A stretch of DNA of 64,000 nt from an uncultured Gemmatimonadaceae bacterium (GCA_963781585.1 CAWAGQ010000011.1:256001-320000); one strand, 5' to 3'. Shown: positions 39,505 through 50,141, numbered from the stretch's first letter. Translations and numbers: made by a program. The notes: generated by a model not told the origin, from the sequence alone.

Positions 39505-40812
39505 ATGATCACTCATCATACCAACCGGCGATGGAACGCCTGGTGCGGGGAGCGTCCGGCGTTGCACCGACCATGTACCAACCGGCGATGGAACGCTTGG
39601 TGCGGGGAGCGTCCGGCGTTGCGCCGACCATCTCCGCATTTCGCACACCGCGGACTGCTCCTGCTCTGCCTGACGAGTGGAGTCGCGGGATGCAGCGGCG
39701 GCAGCACCGAAGCACCTGCCGTCGCCAGCGTCACGCTGACGCTCGCCAGCGAAACGCTGCTGCCGGGGCAGACCACCCAGGCGACGGCGGTCGCGCTCGA
39801 CGCGACCGGTCATACGCTGAGCGGCCGCGCCACCTCGTTTTCCTCGAGCAACACCAGCGTGGCGACGGTGGCCAGCGGCGGCACGGTCACCGCAGTCGCC
39901 GCCGGTACCACGGCGATTTCTGCCACCGTCGGTGGCCACTCCGGAGCCGCGCCGCTCATGGTGTGCCAGGCGGGACTCGAGGCGCCGGTTGGCGTGTCGC
40001 CGACCCTCTTCGTCTCGGCGACGATCGGCAACGACGCGACCGCAAACGGCACCTGTGCGGCGCCCTTCAGGACCATCACGCGCGGCGTCGCCCTCGCGCA
40101 GTCGGGTGACGTGGTGTGGGTGGCGCCCGGCAACTACGACGCGGGCCTCGGCGAGGTCTTCCCCATCGCGGTTGCGGCCGGCGTCAGCCTGATCGGTGAT
40201 GAGGCGAACAAGGGACAGGGGACCACGGCCACGAATGTGGTGGGCGGCGCAAACGTGTCGGTGGGAGGTGATTGTGGCACATACGGCGCGACGATCCTAC
40301 CGGGCGCGAACACGGTCATCGCCGGGTTGCAGCTGGCGAATACCATACATGCCTTCGATGCGATGACGCTTCTGATTCGCGCGAGCAGCGTGACAGTGCG
40401 CAGGAACAGCATCGTCAACAACGGGGGCGCCACCGCGGTCTACATCTGCAACAACTCCACCAACCACGTGATCACGGACAACGTGATCCGCGACAACGGC
40501 GGCACCGGACTCGGGTTCATTGGCGGCGGTGTGGGGAGCCGCGTGGAGCACAACGTGATCACCGCCAACCACTACGGTGTGGAATACGACTCGCCAGGCG
40601 GCGACCTCGGCGGCGGATCCACCGGCAGCGTGGGCGGCAACCTGATCTTCTGCAACACGATCAATGATCTCTGGACGAACACGCCGATCACCATCAACGC
40701 CGCGCTCAACCTCTGGGATCACGTGCCGTTGTCGGGCAACGATGTGTTCAACATCGCCGGCGCCACGATCATTACAACGGGGGCGGCGACCGCGCCGGGG
40801 AACTGCCCGTAG
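39505..40812 (+). CDS. Lipoprotein with an Ig-like (Big_2) domain and a DUF1565/parallel beta-helix domain
   Basis: Lipobox VAGC; SSSNTSVATV, GND...GT..APFRTITRG, APGNY...GEVFPI, Asn-ladder repeats; start uncertain. Confidence 0.75.
   Translation: MITHHTNRRWNAWCGERPALHRPCTNRRWNAWCGERPALRRPSPHFAHRGLLLLCLTSGVAGCSGGSTEAPAVASVTLTLASETLLPGQTTQATAVALDATGHTLSGRATSFSSSNTSVATVASGGTVTAVAAGTTAISATVGGHSGAAPLMVCQAGLEAPVGVSPTLFVSATIGNDATANGTCAAPFRTITRGVALAQSGDVVWVAPGNYDAGLGEVFPIAVAAGVSLIGDEANKGQGTTATNVVGGANVSVGGDCGTYGATILPGANTVIAGLQLANTIHAFDAMTLLIRASSVTVRRNSIVNNGGATAVYICNNSTNHVITDNVIRDNGGTGLGFIGGGVGSRVEHNVITANHYGVEYDSPGGDLGGGSTGSVGGNLIFCNTINDLWTNTPITINAALNLWDHVPLSGNDVFNIAGATIITTGAATAPGNCP
39519..39631. 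repeat. 57-bp direct tandem duplication
   Basis: 39519-39575 and 39576-39631 differ at two positions (C>T, A>G). Confidence 0.9.
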
Positions 40813-40976
40813 CGCGCGGGGACGTTCATTCGGTCGCCGGGCGTCGTCGGCCGCGCGCGGCTCTGCGTCGACCTCGAACATACCGAGCCGCCCGGCCGGG
40901 CCGGCCGCCGCCGACATGCCGTCGAGTGGTTGCGCAGGTCACGGGACGTACTCGACCACCGGCCGAGGGCGCGTAC

Positions 40977-41438
40977 TCAACTGCGGTCCCGGCTGCGTCG
41001 GAGATGGTGCTGGGCACCGACCGCCCAGGCCTCCCGCAGCCAACCTTCCACCACTGCGTCGACCTCCGATGCCGCGAACAGGCGAAAGTGATGGACGTGG
41101 TTTCGCGCTGAAATCGTGTCGATGCGGCGGAACCGAGGGTCCGGGCAGCGCCTCGCGAGCACGATGTGACCGTCCACCCAGGCCCGGCGGGGCGTGACCT
41201 GGGCGAACGACATGCGCACCTGGAACGCGATCCGGGTCTTTTCCGGGAGGACGATCACCGGGCCGCACCGGCGCGCGGCGGCCCGGACGGCATCGAAGAT
41301 GTCGCGGATCTGACGCGGCTTGCCGCGAAAATGGGAGGCCAGCGTGTAGCGGCCGCAGGCGTGCGACTGTCGCTTGCTGGCGAATCGGCGCCCGCAATCG
41401 GGACAGCGCCAGAGGGGGCGACCGGCGGGCGATGACAT
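40977..41438 (-). CDS. DUF5655-like protein with N-terminal CxxC
   Basis: Start MSSPAGRPLWRCPDCGRRF..HAC; KTRIAF, HHFRL....VD....WLREA. Confidence 0.65.
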   Translation of the reverse strand: MSSPAGRPLWRCPDCGRRFASKRQSHACGRYTLASHFRGKPRQIRDIFDAVRAAARRCGPVIVLPEKTRIAFQVRMSFAQVTPRRAWVDGHIVLARRCPDPRFRRIDTISARNHVHHFRLFAASEVDAVVEGWLREAWAVGAQHHLRRSRDRS

Positions 41439-41446
41439 CCGGAAGC

Positions 41447-42055
41447 CTAACGAGAATCGTTGTCCGTGGCCGACAACGTGTGCCCGGCCCGGCCGGCATC
41501 TCCGGCGCGCGATGCGGCAGCACGCCAGTCCCGGCGCAGCAGCGCATACCGCGCCACGTCTTCGAACCGCCCGTTCTTCAGGAGGTATTCGCGGTGCACG
41601 CCCTCGAGCGCCAGGCCCGACTTCTGCATGACCCGGCCTGACGCGGGGTTGCGCGTCAAATACATGGCCTGAATGCGGTTCAGGTCGAGTCGCTCGAACC
41701 CCAGGGCGATGACGGCATGTGTCGCTTCGGTCGCGAGACCGCGTCCCCAGAACGGAACGCCGATCCAGTACCCGAGCTCGGCCCGCCGATGCGCCGCCGT
41801 CAGCGTGAGGCTGATGGCTCCCACCAGCGCCCCGTCCATCGTGACGGCGTAGCTGGCCAGCTCGCCCACCTCCCAGCCCGGAGCGTGGGTGGCGATCCAG
41901 AGCGGGGCCGCACCTCGGGGATACGGATGGGGAATGGTCAGGGTGGTATCGGCCACCTCGAAGGCGCCGGCCATCCGCTCCACGGCGGGAGCATCGGCGG
42001 GCGCGAACGGGCGCAGCGTCAGGCGGTCGGTGGTGAGAATGGGCTGCGGAAACAT
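41447..42055 (-). CDS. GNAT N-acetyltransferase, RimJ/RimL family
   Basis: LTTDRLTLRPF, AELGYWIG..FWGRGLATEA, NPASGRVMQKSG. Confidence 0.9.
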   Translation of the reverse strand: MFPQPILTTDRLTLRPFAPADAPAVERMAGAFEVADTTLTIPHPYPRGAAPLWIATHAPGWEVGELASYAVTMDGALVGAISLTLTAAHRRAELGYWIGVPFWGRGLATEATHAVIALGFERLDLNRIQAMYLTRNPASGRVMQKSGLALEGVHREYLLKNGRFEDVARYALLRRDWRAAASRAGDAGRAGHTLSATDNDSR

Positions 42056-42109
42056 GTTTGTCAGCGGTGAGCGACGACTTGCGATGGAGATGGCGTTGAG
42101 GGCGCGCGG

Positions 42110-42775
42110 CTATTCGACGCGATCGATCACCGGCTGTGGCCGTTCGCCCAGGAACTCGATCCACGCCTTCTTCGCGCACGGATAGTGCTTGGCCGCCTCC
42201 ACGAGATCCATGAACGCCACGATCGTCTGCTCGAACCGCGCCCTGAGCGGGGCGTGCGCGATTCCGCTCTCGGCGCCGAACGCCTGGTGCGCCTGGGCCA
42301 GCGAAAACATGTCGGGGAAGACACGCGCGCCGAGATGCTCGAGCGGGATCCGCAACGCCCACAGCCCGCGGTTACCGCCCACCATGCTCGGGGATGCCGA
42401 CAACAGAAGCCCGTGCCGTTCGTTGAAGGGTTGGGGGCTGTGGCGAGACACCCAGTCGATCGCGTTCTTGAGCACCCCGGGCAGCGACGAATTGTATTCG
42501 GGTGACGCGATGACGAAGGCGTCGTTGGCTTCGAGGCGACGGCGGAACTCCTGCGCTCCGGGCGCCAGACCGTCTCGCGTCTGGACGTCCTGGTCGTACG
42601 ACGGACAGTCGAAGTCGCCCATCGCGGCCATATCCACCGTACCCCCGTGCGCCTCGATCACCCGTCCCGCCAGACGCGCCAGGAGGGAATTGTACGAGTC
42701 GGCGCGAAGAGACCCGGAGAACACGAGAAACCGGACGTCGCGCCCGACAACGGGCATCTCGGATGAAGAAATCAT
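42110..42775 (-). CDS. NADPH-dependent FMN reductase (flavodoxin fold)
   Basis: SGSLRADSYN, ASPEYNSSLPGVLKNAIDWVSR, SASPSMVGG. Confidence 0.92.
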   Translation of the reverse strand: MISSSEMPVVGRDVRFLVFSGSLRADSYNSLLARLAGRVIEAHGGTVDMAAMGDFDCPSYDQDVQTRDGLAPGAQEFRRRLEANDAFVIASPEYNSSLPGVLKNAIDWVSRHSPQPFNERHGLLLSASPSMVGGNRGLWALRIPLEHLGARVFPDMFSLAQAHQAFGAESGIAHAPLRARFEQTIVAFMDLVEAAKHYPCAKKAWIEFLGERPQPVIDRVE

Positions 42776-42962
42776 GACGTTCCCTCCGGATTGGCTGGTT
42801 CGCGTCGTCCCCGCATCCGGACAACGTAATTGCGTTTCGTGCCGGGCGACGATTCCCGCAAGGCTTCCAGCATCCTATATAGAAGGCGGCTCCAGGTCGC
42901 CATTCACGTCGACGCTCAGGTCATCCGCGTCCGACTCGACCCACACCGAGGTACGGCGCCTC

Positions 42963-45245
42963 ATGCGTGTGTTTCGCCTTTTCGTGCTCGCACTCTGCGC
43001 CATCGGTCTGCCGGGAGCCCCGGCTGCCCACGCGCAGCAACGGCTCGATCCGTCACTGATTACGGTGGAGCGGATCTACAACTCCCCGGACTTCTTCCCC
43101 GAATCCTTCGGCCCCACACGCTGGCTGGATGACAGCAGCTATACGGCCGTCGAGCCGGCCGCCAACGGGAACGGTTCGAATCTAGTCCGCTTCGACGCGG
43201 CCACGGGTCGGGCCACGGTTCTGGTGACGGCGGCCCGGCTGGTTCCGGCCGGCGCCCGTGAGCCGCTCGACCTCGACGACTACTTCTGGTCCGCCGATCA
43301 TTCCCGCCTCCTCATCTTCACCAATTCCCAGCGCGTATGGCGCGCCAACACCCGTGGTGACTTCTGGGTGCTGGATCTCTCCTCCGGGCGCCTGAAGAAA
43401 CTGGGCGGCCCCGACGCGAAGCCGTCCACGCTGCAATTCGCGAAATTCTCGCCCGACGGCAAGCGCGTGGCCTACCTGCGCGAGCACAATCTCTACGTGG
43501 AGTCGGTCGATGACGGCGCGATCGTTCCGCTCACCACCGACGGATCGACGACGATCATCAACGGGACGTTCGACTGGGTCTACGAGGAAGAACTCAGCCA
43601 GCGCGATGGGTTCCGGTGGAGCCCGGATGGGACGCAGATCGCCTACTGGCAGCTCGACGCGAGCGGCGTGCGCGACTTCCTGCTGATCGACAACACCGAT
43701 TCCCTCTACTCGTTCGTGAAGCCCGTGCAGTATCCCAAGGCGGGAACGACCAACTCGGCGGCGCGGATCGGCGTGGTGCGCGCCGGCGGCGGGCCGACCC
43801 GGTGGCTCGACATCCCCGGCGATCCGCGGCAGAACTATCTGGCGCGAATGGAATGGGCCGGCGGGTCGGACGAAGTCGCGATCGAACAGCTCAACCGGCG
43901 GCAGACGGTCAACACGCTCTGGTTCGCCGATGCGAAGACCGGACACGCCCGCAGCGTGCTGGTGGACCAGGACAGCGCGTGGATCGACATCTACGACGAC
44001 TATGTGGACTGGGGCCCCGGGCCCGCGCTGCACTGGTTCGACGACGGCAAGGCGTTCATGTGGCTCAGCGAGCGCGACGGATGGCGCCACGCCTACCTGG
44101 TGAATCGCGACGGCACGATGCATCTGGTCACCAAAGGTCCGTACGACGTGATGAAAGTGGCGCACGTGGACAGGCAGGGCGGGTGGCTCTACTACTACGC
44201 GTCGCCTGACGACGCGACCCGCATGTTTCTCTGGCGCATCCGTCTCGACGGCTCCGGCGCGCCCCAGCGCCTAACGCCTGACTCGGCGCGGGGGAATCAC
44301 GAGTATGACATCTCCCCGGGTGGGAGCTGGGCGATCCACTCCTGGTCGTCATGGGGCACGCCCGGGATTACCGACCTGGTCAAGCTGCCCGACCATACCG
44401 TCACGCGCACCCTCGTGTCGAATGCCGCGCTCGTCACCCGGCTCTCCGCGCTGAAACAGGGGCCAGTGGAGTTCTTCAAGGTCGACATCGGCGACGGTAT
44501 CGCGCTCGATGGCTGGATGATGAAGCCGCCGGATTTCGACCCCGCGAAGAAGTACCCGGTCCTGTTCTACGTGTACGGGGAACCGGCCGATCAGACTGTG
44601 CGCGACGAGTACGACGGCCCCACATGGCTCTGGCACCTGATGCTGACGCAGCAGGGGTACATCGTGGCCAGCGTGGACAACCGGGGTACCCCGGCCCCCA
44701 AGGGACGCGCCTGGCGCAAGGCGCCGCACAACCAGATGGGCGCGCTGCGGGTGCGGGAACAATCGGCGGCTGCGCGCATCATCGGCCGCCGCCCGTACGT
44801 CGACTCCACACGCTTCGGCGTGTGGGGGTGGAGCGGAGGCGGCTCGTCGACCCTGCTCCTCATGTTCCGCGCGCCTGATGTGTACAAGGTGGGCATGGCC
44901 GTGGCGCCGGTGGCCGATGTCCACAACTACGACACGATCTACCAGGAACGATACGTGGGTCTTCCGCAGACGGACTCCGCCGCCTATCGCGACGCCTCGG
45001 CCCTCTACTTTGCCGGCGGATTGCGCGGCGACCTGCTGGTGGTCCACGGGTCAGGGGACGACAACGTGCACTATCAGGGGACCGAACAACTCATCAACGC
45101 CCTGGTGGCGCGCAACAAGCCGTTCACCATGATGGAGTATCCAAACCGGACGCATGGTATCTTCGAAGGGCGCAATACGCGGACCCATCTCTTCAACCTC
45201 CTGACGAGATTCCTGCACGAGCATCTTCCCGCGGGGCCGCGCTGA
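42963..45245 (+). CDS. S9B family dipeptidyl peptidase IV
   Basis: Start MRVFRLFVLAL; DWVYEEE, YPKAG, GWSGGG nucleophile, HGSGDDNVH, YPNRTHGI. Confidence 0.93.
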   Translation: MRVFRLFVLALCAIGLPGAPAAHAQQRLDPSLITVERIYNSPDFFPESFGPTRWLDDSSYTAVEPAANGNGSNLVRFDAATGRATVLVTAARLVPAGAREPLDLDDYFWSADHSRLLIFTNSQRVWRANTRGDFWVLDLSSGRLKKLGGPDAKPSTLQFAKFSPDGKRVAYLREHNLYVESVDDGAIVPLTTDGSTTIINGTFDWVYEEELSQRDGFRWSPDGTQIAYWQLDASGVRDFLLIDNTDSLYSFVKPVQYPKAGTTNSAARIGVVRAGGGPTRWLDIPGDPRQNYLARMEWAGGSDEVAIEQLNRRQTVNTLWFADAKTGHARSVLVDQDSAWIDIYDDYVDWGPGPALHWFDDGKAFMWLSERDGWRHAYLVNRDGTMHLVTKGPYDVMKVAHVDRQGGWLYYYASPDDATRMFLWRIRLDGSGAPQRLTPDSARGNHEYDISPGGSWAIHSWSSWGTPGITDLVKLPDHTVTRTLVSNAALVTRLSALKQGPVEFFKVDIGDGIALDGWMMKPPDFDPAKKYPVLFYVYGEPADQTVRDEYDGPTWLWHLMLTQQGYIVASVDNRGTPAPKGRAWRKAPHNQMGALRVREQSAAARIIGRRPYVDSTRFGVWGWSGGGSSTLLLMFRAPDVYKVGMAVAPVADVHNYDTIYQERYVGLPQTDSAAYRDASALYFAGGLRGDLLVVHGSGDDNVHYQGTEQLINALVARNKPFTMMEYPNRTHGIFEGRNTRTHLFNLLTRFLHEHLPAGPR

Positions 45246-45366
45246 GTTCGCGCGCCGCCCCGGACGCCGCGCAGCAGGCGTCGGATCCATCAAGCGCGGT
45301 TAATCTCCGCGTAAGGCGGCGGGCCGATGTTATCAGGTTCCGCACCGGTGCCTGCCGCGCCACCCC

Positions 45367-45984
45367 GTGAATCCCCACGTCGAATCGACGCTCTACTACA
45401 CGATGAGCACGGTGGCCCAGACGCTGGCCGGGGCGATCGGGCTGCTCGGCGCCATCGTGCTGTTTGCCTTGCAGGCGACCGGCCGAAGCGTCGAGCGCGC
45501 GGCAAAGCGGCTGGCCGAAGTGCCGAACGAAGCCGCCAGCGCGCTGTACATCCGTCACCTGTACTCACGCCGCAGCTATCGCGCCCTCGCGCGGACCTAC
45601 GATCCGCTGCTCAAGCCGAGCTTCGAGATGAACTCCAACATGCTGGTGTACCACGCGACCCTGGTCTGGGAGCTCCAGCACGAAGAGGCGATACGGCGAT
45701 CGTTCTGGAAGGCCCTGCTGGCAAGCGCGGTGGCGATCGGGTTCGCAATCAGCTGTCTGGCCGTGTCACCGGAACTGGCAGCGAACAGCGGTGTCTGGGG
45801 GCGGCTCGCCCTTGCCATCGCGGTGATCGGTGCGATCGGTTGCCTGATCCTGTACGGTGTGCTCCTGCGGGTGGTGCTGCGCAGCGCGCCGGAGGAGGAT
45901 GCGACCGGGCTGTCGCCGGCGCCCGAGCGCGAGCGGCGCGTCAGCCTGCGCGAGCGATTGGGAGGCCGAGCGGCGCGCCGCTGA
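45367..45984 (+). CDS. Hypothetical membrane protein
   Basis: Three hydrophobic segments; coding-like codon usage. Confidence 0.65.
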   Translation: MNPHVESTLYYTMSTVAQTLAGAIGLLGAIVLFALQATGRSVERAAKRLAEVPNEAASALYIRHLYSRRSYRALARTYDPLLKPSFEMNSNMLVYHATLVWELQHEEAIRRSFWKALLASAVAIGFAISCLAVSPELAANSGVWGRLALAIAVIGAIGCLILYGVLLRVVLRSAPEEDATGLSPAPERERRVSLRERLGGRAARR

Positions 45985-46044
45985 GCGCCGGTCCGGGGTG
46001 CGCGATGTGTGCGTGCCGCCCAGGTCTCTGCACAAGGGAAGACG

Positions 46045-46066
46045 GCGCGACCCCCTGAGGTCGCGC
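46045..46066. terminator. Possible hairpin between convergent genes
   Basis: 8-bp stem GCGCGACC/GGTCGCGC with a 6-nt loop; no U-tract. Confidence 0.3.
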
Positions 46067-46110
46067 GGTCGTGTAACACCGTCGTGACTGCGCCCAGCCG
46101 TGCTGCCTGA

Positions 46111-47109
46111 CTAGCGTGGTTGATCGGACGGTGGGCGCCGTCGAGGCGGAGGGGGCGGGGGAACTGAGTCGCCGGGTACCCTGGGCCGAGCCGCCGAATC
46201 GGGCGGTTGTGGACGGACCATCCGACGATTCATCCGCGGCATCGGACCAACGCCTGCGCCCGGAGGGCCCATGCGTCCATCAGGTCCCGGTGCCTGGCCG
46301 CGAAACGGGCGCATGCCCCCGCCCGGTGCCTGGCCGCGAAACGGCCGCATGCCCCCGCCCGGCGCCATTCCACCGTTCTGTCCCGGGCCCATCCCCGGCA
46401 TCATGCCCGGCGCCATTCCACCGTTCTGTCCGGGCGTCATGCGCTGACGCATTCCGCGCCCCGGTCCGGGTCCCATCCAATTCATTGGAGGCCCCATCTC
46501 GAACGGGCGCCGCGGCATCATCCGGCCCCGTATTCCCGGCGCGCCCATTCGCCCGCCGCCTCCGAAACGGCCCTGGCGACCCCGCATCATTGCGCCCCGG
46601 CGCTGAGCCATGGGTCCGCCGCCCCCGCGTCGTCCCATCGCGCGGCCCATGGCGAACCCACGCTGGGCGGCCTGCATCTCGCTTACGCGTGCGCGCTGCG
46701 AGTCGGTCAGGACGCGGAACGCGGCGGCGCCGGCCGTGGAGTCGTTGCGCTGGATCTGTGCGCGAAGTGGAGCGAGAGAATCGAGGCGCGCCCGGAGCGC
46801 CGTGCGCTCGTCAGGCGTGAGGCCGCGGCGCTCACGATTTGGCACGAGGGAGTCGCGACGGCTCTGCAGTCGCTGAAGGACCGCGCCGTTCCGCTGCGCC
46901 AGGCTGCGCTCGATGGAGTCGAGCGCCGCCACCTGCCGGGGTGTGAGGTCGAGCTGACGCCGCATGTCGATGAGCGACGAGACTGGATTCGGCCCTGGAG
47001 GGGGTCCCATGCCGGGTCCGCGTCCACCCTGGGCCGTAGCGAAGGCCGGAAGCGCGATCATGGCAACGGCGAATGCTGCTCCGGCCAGCGGTTTACGGGC
47101 TGAGATCAT
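46111..47109 (-). CDS. Secreted Spy/CpxP-like helical protein with long Gly/Met/Pro/Arg-rich tail
   Basis: Start MISARKPLAG with signal ATAQ; LDLTPRQ and VLTDSQ (LTxxQ) motifs; repeated GQNGGMAPG and GGGMRPFRGQAP units. Confidence 0.7.
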   Translation of the reverse strand: MISARKPLAGAAFAVAMIALPAFATAQGGRGPGMGPPPGPNPVSSLIDMRRQLDLTPRQVAALDSIERSLAQRNGAVLQRLQSRRDSLVPNRERRGLTPDERTALRARLDSLAPLRAQIQRNDSTAGAAAFRVLTDSQRARVSEMQAAQRGFAMGRAMGRRGGGGPMAQRRGAMMRGRQGRFGGGGRMGAPGIRGRMMPRRPFEMGPPMNWMGPGPGRGMRQRMTPGQNGGMAPGMMPGMGPGQNGGMAPGGGMRPFRGQAPGGGMRPFRGQAPGPDGRMGPPGAGVGPMPRMNRRMVRPQPPDSAARPRVPGDSVPPPPPPRRRPPSDQPR

Positions 47110-47418
47110 CGTCTTGCATCCTGCGAAAGGGGAAACGGATGGTGCAGGAGGTAAGACGGTGAGGTGGGGGAGTTGGTTAAGGCCGTTGGAGCGGTCACAG
47201 CGATCGAGCCGCACCATCCTCTCTTCCAGCACGTGTGGGCCGGGGCGGCGTCAGTATCTCGCCGCCAGCGATCAGCGAACGAGCAGGGCTCGCGGCTGCC
47301 GGCAAGCGGCGGCCAGCACGCAGATCAAGCGGGAAGAACGCGCTCCGAAAGCTCGTTGCGGACAGCCGAGAAGCGCGAGCCCGGCGGGAATACCGTGAGC
47401 CGTCAGTTCGCTGCCCTC

Positions 47419-49851
47419 CTACGCCGCCGCCCCCGCCGCCGACCCCGGGTCCATGGCCTCGCGGATCTTGACGAGAAGACCATCGGACGTGAACGGCTTC
47501 TCGATGAATGATGCACCCGAGTCCAGCAGGGCTTCGCGCTGCGCGGTCTCCGCCGTGTATCCGGACATGAACAGCACCCGCGTCTTCGGCCATCGCTCCT
47601 TCACCCGCCGCGAGAATTCAAGGCCACCCATTTCCGGCATGACCAGATCGCTCAGGATGAGGTCGACCCCGCCTCCCAGGTGCTCGAGCATCTCGAATGC
47701 CTGACGACCATTCTCCGCGTCGTGCACGGTGCTGCCGTGCCTGGTGAGCACCCGGTGCACGACGTGTCGCACGGCGGAATCGTCCTCCACCAGCAGAATG
47801 ATCAGCGGCGGCAGGCTGGCGTCCGACGGGGCCGCCGCCGCGGGAACCACCGGCTCGACCACGTGCTGGCTGCGCGGGAAATAGATCTTGAACGTCGTCC
47901 CGCGACCACGTTCGCTGTAGAGGAAGATGTCGCCGCGCGACTGCTTGACGATCCCGTAGACGGTGGAGAGACCGAGGCCGGTGCCTTTGCCAACAGGTTT
48001 GGTGGTGAAGAACGGTTCGAACACGTGGGCCTGCGTGCCGGCATCCATGCCGATCCCGTTATCGGAGACGGCCAGCATCACGAACGGACCGGGCGTCACT
48101 TCGCTGTGCGTCGCCGCGAAGGCGCGATCCAGATCGACATTCGAACTCTCGATCACCAACCGTCCGCCATTCGGCATCGCGTCCCGCGCATTGACTGCCA
48201 GGTTGAGGATCACCTGCTCGAGCTGCCCGGGATCGACGTCGACCGGCCACAGGTCCGACGTCAGGCGCAGGTCGAGCTTCACGTCTTCGCCCAACAGCCG
48301 CTGCATGAGTCCTTCCAGGCTGGCGATGAGGCGATTGAGATCGAGCGCCCGGGGGTGCAGGAACTGCTGCCGACTGAACGCGAGCAACCGCCGCGTGAGC
48401 GCGGTGCCACGCTCGGTGGCCAGCAGGATCTGGCCGAGGTCATCGCGCGACGCGTGCTCGTCGCCCAATTCTTCCGAGGCGAACTGCGCGAACGCCGAGA
48501 TTGCGGTGAGAAGGTTGTTGAAGTCGTGGGCGATGGATCCCGCGAGACGGCCCACCGCCTCCATTTTCTGGGCGTGGAGCAGCTGGCGTTCGAGGTTCTT
48601 CCGTTCGGTGGCATCGACGAGGATCGCGCCCACACCCCGGACACTGCCGTCCTGGGAGCGCACCGGATACGCGCTCAGCGTCCAGTGACGCCGTTTCCCC
48701 GCTTCGGTGGCCGACTCGCCGTCGAATTCCACGCCCAGCACCGGCCGCTCAGTCTCGAGTGCCTCGACCAGTGCCGGCTCGATGACCGAAGCCAGCGTGG
48801 GGACGACATCGCGGAAGTGGCGACCGACATGCTCTTCGGGAGAGAGGCCACCGAGCCGCGCCAGAGCGCTGTTGGCACGCTCGAAGCGAAGTTCACGATC
48901 CAGCAAGGCCACCCCAAAAGGCGCCGCGCTCAGTACCAGCGCCAGCGTGTAATCCGTCTCGTCGCGTTCGCGGAGCGCGGAGGCGGTCTCCTCACGCGAA
49001 CGCGTCAGTGCCTCCACCGAGTCGCGCAGCTCGCGGTTCGTCGTTCTCAGATACTCGGCGAGCGAGCGACTGCGGGTGGCTTCGTGCTCGAAGGCCGTTG
49101 CCCGCGTTTCAAGTTCCAGCGACTGCTGCTCCAGGGTCTGCTGTTGTTCGCTGATGCGCCCCGCCAGAACGAGCGTCCGCCGGCGCGAGGCGACCAGCAC
49201 CACCGCCAGCACGAGCAGCTCACCGAACACCGCGATCAGGCCGATTATCGAAACCAGACGCTCGCGTCGCAGCCCGCTGCTGACCGCCGTTTCCTCGGCG
49301 ACGATAACGGCGCGGATGGCAACGCGGAATCGGTCGAAGAGCGTCTGCTCGCTCAACGGCGCCACCACCACAGGGCGTCCCGCCTGCACGCTGTCGAGGA
49401 TCGGGCGGGCATAACGCCGGTCCCACTCCACGTAGGCGTCGCGCGTGGAGGCCACGAGGCCTGACGCGACGGAGTCTCCCTGGCTGGCTGCCAGGAGGGA
49501 ATCGATGCGCGGTCCGATGCGCGGGCGGCCCGCCACTGCCGGCGCGATGGCGCTCAGGTCACGGGTGCGCAGATAGCTGCGGATGCCCGCCTCACCATCG
49601 CTCGCCAGCGCGCCCACGTCTCTCGCGGTACGCACCAGTTCCATGTGTCGCAGAATCCTGCCGTGGAGGCGCTCCATCGAGACGAGCGTAGCAAGGGTGG
49701 TCAGCGCAACGGCTGTGAGAGCGAGCACGCCGACCCAGATGGCGCGATCGAGCCGGGGAAGGAAAGCCGCGATCCCCGAGCCAGCCGAACCGGCCTGGCG
49801 AGCGGCAATCGCCGCGTCAGCAGCGGAATTCGCGGTGCGCACGGAATCCAC
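47419..49851 (-). CDS. Hybrid sensor histidine kinase/response regulator (CHASE3-like, PAS, HisKA, HATPase, REC)
   Basis: Two TM helices; AQKMEAVGRLAGSIAHDFNNLL, NLAVNARDAM, FEPFFTTK, GTGLGL, LILSDLVMP, FMSGY. Confidence 0.93.
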   Translation of the reverse strand: MDSVRTANSAADAAIAARQAGSAGSGIAAFLPRLDRAIWVGVLALTAVALTTLATLVSMERLHGRILRHMELVRTARDVGALASDGEAGIRSYLRTRDLSAIAPAVAGRPRIGPRIDSLLAASQGDSVASGLVASTRDAYVEWDRRYARPILDSVQAGRPVVVAPLSEQTLFDRFRVAIRAVIVAEETAVSSGLRRERLVSIIGLIAVFGELLVLAVVLVASRRRTLVLAGRISEQQQTLEQQSLELETRATAFEHEATRSRSLAEYLRTTNRELRDSVEALTRSREETASALRERDETDYTLALVLSAAPFGVALLDRELRFERANSALARLGGLSPEEHVGRHFRDVVPTLASVIEPALVEALETERPVLGVEFDGESATEAGKRRHWTLSAYPVRSQDGSVRGVGAILVDATERKNLERQLLHAQKMEAVGRLAGSIAHDFNNLLTAISAFAQFASEELGDEHASRDDLGQILLATERGTALTRRLLAFSRQQFLHPRALDLNRLIASLEGLMQRLLGEDVKLDLRLTSDLWPVDVDPGQLEQVILNLAVNARDAMPNGGRLVIESSNVDLDRAFAATHSEVTPGPFVMLAVSDNGIGMDAGTQAHVFEPFFTTKPVGKGTGLGLSTVYGIVKQSRGDIFLYSERGRGTTFKIYFPRSQHVVEPVVPAAAAPSDASLPPLIILLVEDDSAVRHVVHRVLTRHGSTVHDAENGRQAFEMLEHLGGGVDLILSDLVMPEMGGLEFSRRVKERWPKTRVLFMSGYTAETAQREALLDSGASFIEKPFTSDGLLVKIREAMDPGSAAGAAA

Positions 49852-50141
49852 GAGCCAATGGCTGGGTGTCGCTACCGACCGGAGACAACGGAACAGAACC
49901 TCGCAGTCGCGAGGCTTCGAAAGCGATGCCGTGCTGCTTCAGGTGCACGGCATGAACGGTCTGTTGGTCTCAATTACGGTAAGGACCTGGCGCGAAAAAG
50001 GGCTGAGGTGGAGGACTCGGGGTCAAGGACCGGTGCGGTCCAGGATTGGGAGCGTCCAACTATTCTCGCTCCCTGCATTTTTCGGTACCGACACGCTATG
50101 CGCAATAGTGATACATGAGGTAACATGGGCCGAATGCCAAT

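Noticed and set aside
39519..39631. HDV-like or other self-cleaving ribozyme
   Set aside because: Lacks the P1.1 pairing, pyrimidine L3 and J4/2 catalytic C on either strand.
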